Shown: in pieces, positions 48,514 to 59,306 of the stretch
How the letters are laid out: each line of letters opens with the position of its first letter
Position numbering within the stretch: position 1 is the first letter of the stretch
Source of the DNA: Scenedesmus sp. PABB004
Lineage: Eukaryota
Assembly: GCA_014905635.1 (NCBI GenBank)
Contig: JABVCE010000024.1
Location: forward strand, 124,001 to 188,000
Reading direction: 5' to 3'
Length of the DNA: 64,000 bases
Program-made: the position numbers and the translations under genes
The notes under the pieces: generated by a model
Seen by the model: only the letters and a program-made list of their open reading frames with translations
Databases searched by the model: none
Told to the model about the DNA's origin: nothing

Positions 48514-51500
48514 ATGGCCGGCGCGCTGGCGCAGCAGCGCGCCGGGGCGGGGCGGGCGGCCGGTCAGCGGCCGCGGCGATGCAGCGGCTCGCTGGTGCGC
48601 CTGCCAGCGGCCGCCCCCGCGCAGCGCCGGCGGGGCGGCCAGGCAGCAGCGTGCCCGGCGCCGCGCCTGGGCGTGCGCGCGCTGGCGGTGGGCTCGCCCG
48701 TGCGCGAGGCGGCAGGTGCGGGACGGCGGGACGCGGCAATTGAGCGCCCGCCACGCGCCCGGCGGCGCGCGCCGCCCGGCCCGCCGCTGCCTGCTGCTGC
48801 ACCGCCGCCTGTGGCGCCAGTGTGCCGGGGACGACCCCCGCGCGCGCGGCGGAACGGCCCGGACGCCCACATCACCTCACGCGCCGCCGCGGCCGCCGCG
48901 CGCGGCACGCGGTGCCCGCAGGCGGCGCGGCGCCCGCGGCGCGGCCCGGCGGCGCGCCCGACGGCTGCGACGTGGAGGGCGAGTTCGAGGCCTTTGCCGC
49001 GCACGCGGCGGGCGGCGCCAACCTGGTGCCCCTCTTCCAGCGCATCTTCAGCGACCAGCTCACGCCCGTGCTCGCGTACCGCGCGCTCGTGGGCGCGGCC
49101 GACACGTCGGCGCCGTCGTTCCTGCTTGAGAGCGTCGTCAACGGCGACCAGCAGGGGCGCTACAGCTTCGTCGGCGCCGCGCCCGCGCTCGAGGTCATCG
49201 CCCGGGGGCACCGCGTGACGGTGCTCAACCACGAGGTGCGGCGTGGGGCGCGGACGCGGCGGCGGCGATCGCAGTGGTGTGGCAGCGAAGGTGGCGGCGG
49301 AGGCGGCGGCGGCGGCAGCGCTCACGCCGCCCGCCCGCCCCGTGTGCACCACAGACCGGCAGCCGGCGCGTGACGGAGGAGGCCGACCCAATGGAGGTCC
49401 CCGTCTCGCTCAGCCGGTGAGCGCGGCCGCCGCGTGCGGCGCGCGCGGCCGCGCAGCTGTGGGCAGTGCGCGCGGCGTCTCACCCACGCGGCGCCGCGAC
49501 GCGCCCGCGGCCGCGCCGCAGGAACTGGCGGCCCGCCGTCGTGGAGGGCATGCCGGCCGTGTTCACGGGCGGCTGGGTGGGCTACGCCGGCTACGACACC
49601 GTGCGCTACGTCTACGGCAGTGAGCCGCCGCCCCGCCCGCCGCGCTCCCGCCGCGCGCCTGCCGCCGCCCCGCGCGGCGCTGCGCCCGCCCGCACCCGCG
49701 CTTCGCTCGCTGCCCGCCGCGCCGCTGCGCCCACGCCCGCCCTCCGCCCACCGCGCCCACCGCCCGCACGCCACCCGCCGCGCCGCGCCGCGCCGCGCCG
49801 CAGGCAAGATTCCCTTTTCGTCGGCGCCCGAGGACGACCGCGGGCTGGCGGACATGCAGCTGGCGCTGTACAACGACGTGGTGCTCTTTGACCAGGCCAC
49901 CAAGCTCATCTATGCAATCTCATGGGTCCACCTCGACGCCGACGCGACGACCGTCGGCGGCGGCGCCGGCGCCAACGGCGGCGCCGCGCCGGCGCCGGGC
50001 GGCCCCGAGGCGCTGCGCGCGGCGTACGACGAGGGCCGCGCGCGGCTGCGCCGCCTCGTGGCGCGGCTGACCGGCCCGCCGCCGAGCATCACGCCGGCAC
50101 AGGTGCGGCGGGGGCCGCGCCGCGTGCGCTGCGTGTGCCGCGTGCGCGCCGCGCGCTGACCCTCCGCGCCGCCGCACCCGTGCCGCGCCGCCGCCAGGTC
50201 GACATGGCGCTGACGCAGCTGCCGGCGCCGCCGGGGCGCAGCAACATGACCCAGCAGCAGTTCCTGGACGCCGTCGCGGCGGCCAAGGAGTACATCCTGG
50301 TGCGTGGCGCCGCGCCCTGCGCGGCTGGCCGTGCGCAGCGCCGTGCGGCGCCGTGTGTGGCGCGTGCCGGCGTGGGCAGGCGCAGCAGAGCTGACGCGCC
50401 GCCGCCGCCTCGCTCCCGCCCGCCCGCCCGCCCCACGCGCCCTCCCTCCCTCGCCTGTCACTGTCAGTCGGGCGACATCTTTCAGCTTGTGCTCAGCCAG
50501 CGCTACGAGCGCCGCACCTTTGCGGAGCCGTTTGAGGTGCGGCGCCGCGCGCCCGCCCGCCCGTGCGCCCGCCCCCCCCCCCCCCCCTCCCCCCGCGCGT
50601 CCTCCCTCCTCGCGCCGCGCTGCTCGTTGCTGCCGTGCATCGCGTGGCGCGGCGGCGGTGCACTCGCGCCTCTTTGAAAATCGCGCCGCTTTGACATCGC
50701 ATCAGGTGTACCGCGCGCTGCGCGTGGTCAACCCGAGCCCCTACATGGTCTACATGCAGGCCCGGGGCCTCGTCATCGTCAGCAGCAGCCCAGAGATACT
50801 CTGCAGGCGCGCGCGGCGGCGCGGCGCGGCGGAGCATGAGGCGGCGCGGCGGGCGCGGCGGGCCGGGCGCGGCGGCGGCGCGGGCGCGCCCGTGGTCGGC
50901 GCTTGAGCCGCGCGCGCGCCGCCCCGCAGGGTGGACGGCGAGCGCGTGGTGACCAACCGCCCGCTCGCCGGCACGCGGCGCCGCGGCGCCGACGCGGCGA
51001 GCGATGCGGCGCTCGAGGCGGAGCTGCTGGCCGACGCCAAGGAGTGCGCTGAGCACGTGATGCTCGTCGACCTGGGGCGCAACGACGTCGGCAAGGCGCG
51101 CGCCGCGGCGGGCGGCGGCGGGACGGCGCAGGGACTGGCGGGCGGCGGGGCGCGCGGGCGCGCGCGCCCCGCGGCCGCTGCGCCGCCGCGGCGGATGCGC
51201 CGTGCTGAGGGGGTTTGCCTATCGCGGCGCGCAGGTGTCGCGCAGCGGCAGCGTGGTGGTTGAGAAGCTGATGGAGGTGGAGCGGTACAGCCACGTGATG
51301 CACATCAGCAGCACCGTCACGGGGCGCCTCACGCCGGGGCTGGACGCGTGGGACGCGCTGCGCGCGGCGCTGCCGGCCGGCACCGTCAGCGGCGCGCCCA
51401 AGGTGCGCGCGCGCGCGCCGCCGCCGCCGCGCCGCGCCCCGCGGCCTGCGGGCGCCGCCGCCCGCCCCGACGCTCTCACCACAACAATCACACAACAACG

Positions 51501-52098
51501 CGCGCGCCGCCGCGATGCGCCGCCGCGGCCAGGTGCGTGCGATGCAGATCATCGACGAGCTGGAGACGGTCAAGCGCGGCCCCTACGGCGGCGGGCTGGG
51601 GCACGTCAGCTTCACGGGCGCCATGGACATGGCACTCGGCCTGCGCACGATGATCATCCCCACGGGTGCGCCGCGCGGCGCCGCGCGGCGCGGGGCGAGG
51701 GCGGGGCGGGGCGGGGCGCCGCGCGCGGCCGCTGCCGCGCCGGCCGCTGGCGCCGGCACGCGCCGACCGCGCGGCGCCGCCGCCGCGCCGCAGGCAACGA
51801 CGACGCGCTGTACGCCTATGGCGGCGAGGCGGCGCGGCGCGAGTGGACCGTGCACCTGCAGGCGCGCGCGCGCGCCGCGCCCGCACGCGCCGCGCGGCCC
51901 GCACGCCCCCGCCGCCGCGCCGCGCGCCGTGCCGCTCTGATTGCCCTCGCCGCCGCGGCGGCGCAGGCGGGCGCGGGGCTGGTCGCGGACAGCGTGCCCG
52001 AGTCGGAGTACGAGGAGACGCTGAACAAGGCGGCGGCGCTCGGCCGCGCGATCGACCTCGCGGAGCAGGCCTTCGTGGCGCCGCGCTGCGACGAGTGA
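48514..52098 (+). CDS. ASA1: Anthranilate synthase alpha subunit (component I, TrpE), plastid-targeted
   Basis: [120 protein letters not shown]. Confidence 0.97.
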
Positions 52099-52146
52099 GG
52101 GAGGCGAGGCCTGGGGGCGGCAACTGTGACACCGACCGACGTAGCG

Positions 52147-52688
52147 AGCTCGCAGGCGCGAGCGGCGACCGCCGGCGCCGCGCGGCGCGCGCTGTCCGCT
52201 GGGCCGCGGCGGTGGCGGCGCCAGGGATCCGCGCGCCCGTGCGGCGGCGGCTTGGCTTATGCGACGCCGCGCGCCGACTGGTGCGGCGCAGCGGCTGCTG
52301 TAAGCAGCCGATCTGCGCGGCATCGGGTCGTCGCGGTTCCGCCATCACGCGAGCCCCGGCCGCGGCGTGCCGCGCAGCCCGGGCGCCCCCGCGCGCCCGC
52401 CGCCGGCACCTTGGTCCGCGCCGCCCCGGTCGCCGCGCGCCGCGTCCCTCGCGCGCCCACGACGCGGAGAGCCGGAGGAGCTGCCCCGTCGCGCCGCAGC
52501 GCTCCGCGCCTTAAGACCCGCGTGCCGCCCCCTCCGGCTCGGCGCCGCGCCTCGGCGGTATGGCGACGGCGCAGCCCAGCCCCGCTGGCGTCGGGGGGCC
52601 CTTCCTCGGCCCTCCGCCGATGATGCCGCTGCCGCCCTTCTGCTGGCCGCCGTTCATGCCGCCGCCCTTCATGGGTGAGCCCCGCGCG
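52147..52688 (+). repeat. Left arm of a ~540-bp inverted duplication
   Basis: Near-identical reverse complement of 55005-55552. Contains TGTAA (52299-52303), the upstream region, exon 1 and the splice donor of the gene at 52560. Confidence 0.95.
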
Positions 52689-53754
52689 CCTCGGGGCGGT
52701 CGGGGCGCCGCCGTGCCGGCCGCGCGCCTCACTCTCGGCGCCGGCGCGGCGCGGGCAGATCGTCCCCCGCGCCCGGCGCGGGCGCGCGGCCCCGCGGCCC
52801 CGCGCGACGCGCCCCGCCCTGATCGTGACCGCCCGCGCCCCGCCGCGCCCCGCCCCGCCCCGCGCAGGCATGATGCCGCCGATGCCGCTGCCGCCGCCGG
52901 GCTGCTTCCCGCACCCGGCGCAGCTCGCGGCGATGTCGGCGGCCGCGCACGCGGCCATGGCGCAGGCGGCGGCCAAGGCCGGCGTCGGCGCGGGGCCGTG
53001 CGTGGGCACGCCGCCGCCGCAGCTGGCGCAGCCCGCGCCCGCAACGGCGAGCGCGTGCGCGTCGCAGCAGCAGTCGGCGCCGGGCGGCGAGGAGTCGTCG
53101 GACGACGGCGAGGCCGAGGCGGACACGATCCTGCTGGCAGACTCGGACATTCAGCTCTTTGACCGCGTCGCCGCGCTCGAGCGCGAGCGCGAGCAGGCCG
53201 CCGCCGCGGCGGCCGCCGCGGCCGACCTGCCCTGGGGCCTCGCGGACGAGCCGGACGACCAGCTGGACCTCGACCTGGCCGCCATCATCAAGCTGCCCGG
53301 CGCGCCGCCGCCGCCCGCGGCCGCGCCCGCGGCGCAGCCCCGCGGCACGGCGAGCCCGCCGCCGCCGCGCGGCGGCGCGCTGCGGCGCGTCGGCTCGACC
53401 TGCAGCGGCATCTCGAGCGCCGAGCCGCTGCCGGCGCCGCTCGCGGCGGCGGCCGGCGCGGCGCCGCCGCGCCGCGTGCTCAAAATTCGCGCGATCAAGG
53501 GCGCCGGTGCGGGGCCGCTCAGCGTGGCCAAGGCCGGCGTGGCCAAGTGCGGCGGCGCGCCCGCGGCGCCGCGGCCGCCGTGCGCCGCGCCGGCGGCGCC
53601 GAGCTGCGCGCCGAGCGACGACGGCGCCGCGCTCGAGGGCTCGCTCGACTGCTTCGGCGGCCTGCTCGCCGGCGACAGCAGCGACGACGCGTGCTGGACG
53701 GGCCTGCTCGCGGGCGGCGGCGGCATGGAGCTCTGCTCCGCGCTGGACATGTGA
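52560..53754 (+). CDS. Hypothetical Pro/Met/Ala-rich protein, 2 exons
   Basis: MATAQPSPAGVGGPFLGPPPMMPLPPFCWPPFMPPPFM|GMMPPMPLPPPGCFPHP...DTILLADSDIQLFDRV...MELCSALDM*. GT-AG intron about 52675-52867. Confidence 0.72.
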
Positions 53755-55004
53755 GCGGGCGCGGGAGGAGGAGCGGCAGCGCCGAGCGCTGCGCCTGGAG
53801 GGAAGCCCTGCAGTTTTGGGTGGTGCCGTGGGGGTGCGGGGACGCGGCGGCGGCGGTGCGCAGCAGCAGGTTTCGTCTGGGCGCTCGCGGCGCCGCAGAG
53901 CACATAAAACGGGGGGATGGGCAGGCGCTTGCCTCCACGCCGTGTCGCGGCAAGCGCTGCGCCGAGGGGGCGGCGTGCCGCGCCTGGCGGCGGCCGCAGA
54001 GGGGACGGCAGCGCGCGCGGGGGGAGTGCACGAGGGCAGAGGCCGCGCGCCTCCGCGGCGCCCGGCACCGGCGGCACTTGGCAGCACGGTGGGGGGACGG
54101 GCGCACCTGTGCCGCGCGTGTGCCGAGGGAGGGCTGTCTGTGTGTTGCGGCGGGCGCGGCGCGCGCGGGCGCCAGGCCGCGCCGCCGCGCCGCGCCGCGG
54201 CGGTCGTCGTCAGAGGAGTGGGAGGAGCGCAGCGCCCGCCGCACAGCGCCCAACGCGGTCGCTGCGCGGGGCCTGCGCCGTGTCGTCGCGCGTGTGTGTG
54301 TGTGTGTGTCGTGGGGGTGGGTGGGCGGCGCGCTTCTTATGATCCTAAACACAAAAAAAGAGAGGCAGGGGGAGGGATGTCGAGAGGGGCAGGCTAGGCT
54401 CTATGGCCGCCGCTCGCGCGCCGCTGCGGCCCGCCGGGCGCAACGCTCGCCGCGGCGGGCGCAGCGGCGGCGGCGGCGGCGCCGCGGACGCATGACTCGC
54501 CGCGTTGTCGTCGGCGCTCCCGTGGCCGCAGTTTTGCCTCGGCTCGGTTTGGGGCGCGGGTTTGGCTGTGGGTTGGCTCTGAGTCGTCAGTTGCATCCCC
54601 GTCCGCGCCGCGTGTCGCGCGCGCGCCCCCCATCACCCACCCTTGGCCACACGCCCGCTGGCCGCGCCCGCCGCCGCACACGCAGGGCCCGCGCGCGCAA
54701 CGCGCGCGCGTGGCCGGCGCCGGCGGCGGGCGCGGCTGTTTTCGCGCGGCGCGCACTGATGAACGTTGCCCTGCGTGGCGGGCCCGTCTCGCCTTTTGCT
54801 CTCGCCTTTTGCCCTCGCCGTTTGCTGGCGGGACGCCTTTTGCACGCGCAGCAGCAGCAGCACGCTTGCGCCGCCCTCCATGCGGCACGCAGCCTCGACC
54901 GCAGCGTTGGCACCGCTCGTCTGATCGCGCGCTCGCTTGATTGCTGCCTAGGCCCAGCCCCCAGTTGAGAGTCTGCGAGGGTAACACGAGGCAGCGAGGC
55001 TCGC

Positions 55005-55133
55005 CGCGCGGGGCTCACCCATGAAGGGCGGCGGCATGAACGGCGGCCAGCAGAAGGGCGGCAGCGGCATCATCGGCGGAGGGCCGAGGAAGGGCCACCC
55101 GGCGCCAGCGGGGCTGGGCTGCGCCGTCGCCAT
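55005..55133 (-). pseudogene. Truncated duplicate (exon 1 plus splice donor) of the 52560 gene
   Basis: MATAQPSPAGAGWPFLGPPPMMPLPPFCWPPFMPPPFM followed by the same gtgagc donor. Homology stops about 14 nt into the intron. Confidence 0.75.
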
Positions 55134-55552
55134 ACCGCCGAGGCGCGGCGCCGAGCCAGAGGGGGCGGCACGGGGGTCTTAAGGCGCGGAGCGCTGCGGC
55201 GCGACGGGGCAGCTCCTCCGGCTCTCCGCGTCGTGGGCGCGCGAGGGACGCGGCGCGCGGCGACCGGGGCGGCGCGGACCAAGGTGCCGGCGGCGGGCGC
55301 GCGGGGCGCCCGGGCTGCGCGGCACGCCGCGGCCGGGGCTCGCGTGATGGCGGAACCGCGACGACCCGATGCCGCGCAGATCGGCTGCTTACAGCAGCCG
55401 CTCCGCCGCACCAGTCGGCGCGCGGCGTCGCATAAGCCAAGCCGCCGCCGCACGGGCGCGCGGATCCCTGGCGCCGCCACCGCCGCGGCCCAGCGGACAG
55501 CGCGCGCGCGCCGCGCGGCGCCGGCCGTCGCCGCTCGCGGCGCCGGCGAGCT
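55005..55552 (-). repeat. Right arm of the inverted duplication
   Basis: Begins at the TrmA-like stop codon. TGTAA on the minus strand at 55389-55393. Confidence 0.95.
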
Positions 55553-55980
55553 ATGGCCGGCGGTCCAGCACCGCCACCGTCTCCACGTGGTCGGTCTGCG
55601 GGAACATGTCGACCGCGGTCCACGCCGACAGCGCAAAGCCGCCGCCGGCGCCGCCCCGCACAGCGCCGCGACGTCGCGCGCCTGCGTGGCGGGGTTGCAG
55701 GAGACGTACACGAGGCGCGGCGCGCCGCAGCGCAGCAGCCAGTCCACGACCGGCCGCGCCAGCCCCGCGCGCGCGGGGTCGACGACGACGACGTCGGGCG
55801 GCGACGACAACGAGGGCAGCAGCGCCGCTCCACCGCTGGCACCGCCGCCCGCGGCCGCGGCCGCGAGGCGAGTCACGTCGGCGCACTCAAAGCGCGCCGC
55901 GCCGGCGAGGCCGTTGCGCGCGGCGCTCGCGCGCGCGTCGGCGATTGCGCTGCCGCTCACGTCAACGCCCAGCACCGACA

Positions 55981-56013
<33 letters not shown>

Positions 56014-56603
56014 TGCGCGACGCGGCCGCGAGCGCGAGCGCGATGGTGCCGGTGCCGCAGTAGAGATCCAGCACGCTGCCGCCGCCGCTGCCAAGGCGCT
56101 CGGCCGCGGCGGCGAGCACCACGCCGTAGAGCAGCTCCGCCTGGCGGGTGTTGGTCTGGAAGAAGCTCCCCGGGCTGACGTGGAAGTTGAGCCCGCACAG
56201 CACCTCCACCAGGTGCGGCGCGCCCGCGAGCAGCGTGGTGCCGCCGAGCGCGAGCGGCCGCGCGCCGCGGCGCGGCCGGCCGCCCGGCGCCGCGGCGCCA
56301 CGGCCGCGGCGCGCGCCACCGCCCCTGCCGCCGCGGCCGCGGCCGGCGGCGCCGGGCCGCGCCCGCGCCGGCGCCGCGGCGAGCGGGTCGTCGCCGGCGT
56401 CGCCGGCGTCGCCGCCGTCCGGCTCGCCCGTCGAGTGCACCACCGACGCGAGGGCCGGGCAGGCGGCCATCAGCGCGGCGGCCAGCGGCCGCAGCGCGTC
56501 GGCGGGGCAGGCGGGCGTCGTGACAAAGACGGCCATCAGCTGCAGCGGCGGCGCGCCGCCGCCGCCGCCGCCGCTGGCCCCGCCGCCGCCGCCGCCGCTG
56601 GCC

Positions 56604-56636
<33 letters not shown>

Positions 56637-57686
56637 GAGCGCACGATGAGGTGCCGCAGCTTGCCCCCGCCCGTGGCGGGGTCGTGCGGCGCGAGGCCGT
56701 GCGCCTGGCACAGCGCCCGCGCCGCCTGGACCAGCTGGTTCACCTCGGGCCCCTGCGGCGGCGGCGCCGGCCGGCCGGGTGTTGAGGCAGGCGCGGCTCG
56801 CGCGGGCGCCAGGCCGCGCCGCCACGCCCCGCGCCGCGCCGCGCCGAGTCGCTCGCCGGCGGGGCGGCTCACCGCGAGGCTGCAGTCGTCGACGGGGACA
56901 ACGACGCTGCTGCTGCCGGGCAGATAAAACCCGAGGCCCCAGCCGGGCACAGCGCGCCCGCCCGCGCCGCCGCCGCCACCGCCAGCAGCGTCGCCTTGGT
57001 CCTCCGGCTGCCACACGGTGGCGCTGAAGGCGAGGGAGAGCTTGTTGCGGTATCGGTACCGCCGCCCCGCCGGCGCGGCGACGGGCGGCCGCCGCGCGGC
57101 CGCGACCGCGTCCGCCTGCAGCCCGCCGACGCGCACGAGCAGCTGCGCGACCGACTCGGCCTTGTGCGACAGCGCCGCATCATATGCGAGCACCTGCAGT
57201 GTGCAGCCGCCGCACGTGCCAAAGTGCGCGCACTGCGGCGCGACCGCGTCAGCGTGGGGCGAGAGGGTCGCCGCCTTGACGCCCTCGGCAAAGCCTGCAG
57301 GGTGTGAGGCGGCGGCGTGGCGGCGGCGCGTGAGGCGCCCCCCCGGCTGCAGCAGCAGCGTGCGCCGCGCCGCCGCGCTCCTCACCCCGCTTCACCGCCG
57401 TGACGCGCGCGACCAGCCGCTCGCCGGGCAGCGCGCCCCGGACCAGCACGACGACGCGCGTGGGCCCCCAGGGGCAGATGCCCACGCCGCCCGTGCCCAG
57501 CCGCTCGCAGACCAGCTCAAGCTCCTGGCCGACCGACAGCGGCGGCCGGCGGTCGGCGGCCGGCGCCGCCGCCGACGCGCCGGGCGGCGCCGCGCCGCTG
57601 GCGGCACGCAGGCGGCGGCACCAGCCCTGGAGACGCCCTGGCAGGGGCGGCGGGCCTGCGGGGCACCGCTGCGGCGCGGCGAGCAT
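55551..57686 (-). CDS. TRAM-domain RNA (uracil-5)-methyltransferase, TrmA/RlmD (RumA) family, probably organelle-targeted
   Basis: TRAM region VRGALPGERL; Fe-S motif CAHFGTCGGC; YRYRNK; SFFQTNTRQAE; LDLYCGTGTIAL; VVDPARAGL; YVSCNPATQARD; VDMFPQTDHVE. The last motif needs one extra G near 55654-55657. Confidence 0.93.
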
Positions 57687-58029
57687 CGCCCCGGCCGCGC
57701 GGCTGCTGTCGCCGACCGGTGTGGCGGCCGCCTGTCGTTCGAGGCGGTCTGCGACGCAGCCCTGAGTTGGTGGAGGATCCAGGACACTAGTGCGGAGTGT
57801 GGCCAGCAGTCTCTGGCGCTGCCAGCCCGGCAGCTCGCAAAAGCGCCGGCGCCGCCCGCTCTGCTGCCGCCGCGGCCGGTGCTCCAGCCGCGGCGCGCGT
57901 GGGCGCGGCGTGCAGTCCCCCACACCTCGCGCAGGCACACGCACCCAGCCGCGACCCCGCTGAACGCAGGCGCGGCGCAGGCCCCCCGCCATCTGCTGCT
58001 GCTGCTGCTGCCGCCCCGGTCGCGGCGCC

Positions 58030-58885
58030 ATGTGGCGTCGGTTGCCCACCTACTTTCCCAACCTGCGTCTGACCATGCTGCCGCTCTCGGAGGAGGCGCT
58101 GCAGCAGCTCAAGGCCACGGGCTGGCTGCGGGAGGTGGCGTTCAGGACGGAGCCGCGCACCAACAAGGTGCGGCGGCGAGCGAGCGAGCGGGTGCAGCGG
58201 CGGGCGCGGCGAGCGAGGGGCGGGCAACCGCCCCCGGCGGCGCGGCGGCGGGCGCGGCGGCTGCGGGCGCAGCGGCCGCCGGCGCCGTGCAGCAGCGGCA
58301 GCGGCGGCTGCGGCCGCCGCGGGGGCGGGCCTTACCCCCGCGCGGGCCCTGCCGCAGCTGGAGATCAAGGCCTTCCTTGAGGCGGTGCACGGCATGGAGG
58401 TGGAGCGCGTGAGCACAATCAACTACCAGGTGCGCCGCGCCGCGAGCTGCGGCGGCGCGCCGGCGGCGCCTGCGCCGCAGCGAGGCGGCGCCGTGCACGC
58501 GGCGCCGGCGCGTGGGTGCGCCTCACTCGCGCGGCCGCCGCGCCGGCGCCACGCGGCGCTGCAGGGCAAGCGCAAGCGCGTGGTGGACGACAAGGGGCGC
58601 AGCCACTTCCGCCGCGAGTCCGACTGGAAGAAGGCCTACGTCACGTTCCGGCCACCGCCGGAGCAGCTCGCCGCGTGGCAGGCGGCGCGCGACGCGCGCC
58701 TGCAGGAGGCGGCGGCGGCCGACGAGCGCGAGCGCGCCGCGCGCGCCGCGGCGAGCGCGCGGCGGCGCGCGCCGCTGCTGCCGCCGTCGCAGCAGCAGCA
58801 GGCGCAGCAGGCGCAGCAGGAGCAGGCGCAGAAGCAGCAGCAGCAGGCGCAGTCGCAGCAGTTGCGGCGCAGCGGCGGCGGGTAG
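58030..58885 (+). CDS. Ribosomal protein uL23, probably mitochondrial, with an Ala/Gln-rich C-terminal extension
   Basis: YFPNL; AFRTEPRTNK|LEIKAFLEAVHGMEVERVSTINYQ|GKRKR...DWKKAYVTF. TGTAA at 58950-58954. Confidence 0.9.
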
Positions 58886-59047
58886 CGCGGCGGCCGGTGA
58901 CCTGGGGCGCAGCGCTGCGGTTTTTCTCGGGCGCGGTTCGCTGCCCGCCTGTAAGCTCGTTGTCCGCCCGAGCGCGATCCGGGGGCCGATTAGCGGGGCG
59001 GCCGGCGCTGCACTGCGATGCTGCTGCCGGCGCCGACGGCAGCAGCC

Positions 59048-59264
59048 ATGCCGCGGCACCAGCAGCAGCGGCACTCCCAGCCCAACGCCGAGATCCCAAA
59101 CGTGTTCTGGAGGTCGATGACGGCCGACGCTCTCGCAAAACAGAACGGAGCGCGCTACGTGCGGCTGCCGCCGGTCGCGCTGCTGCACTCGCCGTTCAGC
59201 GGCCGGTGAGCGCGCGCCGCGGTCGCAGCGGCCAGTGGGGGCAGAGAGGAGGCCCCACTCGCGC

Positions 59265-59306
<42 letters not shown>

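Noticed and set aside
46064..52098. Biosynthetic gene cluster around anthranilate synthase
   Set aside because: The neighbours (SET protein, RPN13, RNA methyltransferase) act on proteins or RNA and have no pathway link to it.
52147..55552. Autonomous DNA transposon or Pack-MULE with long TIRs
   Set aside because: No target-site duplication or transposase was found, and the arms consist of host UTR, promoter and exon sequence. Kept as an inverted duplication.
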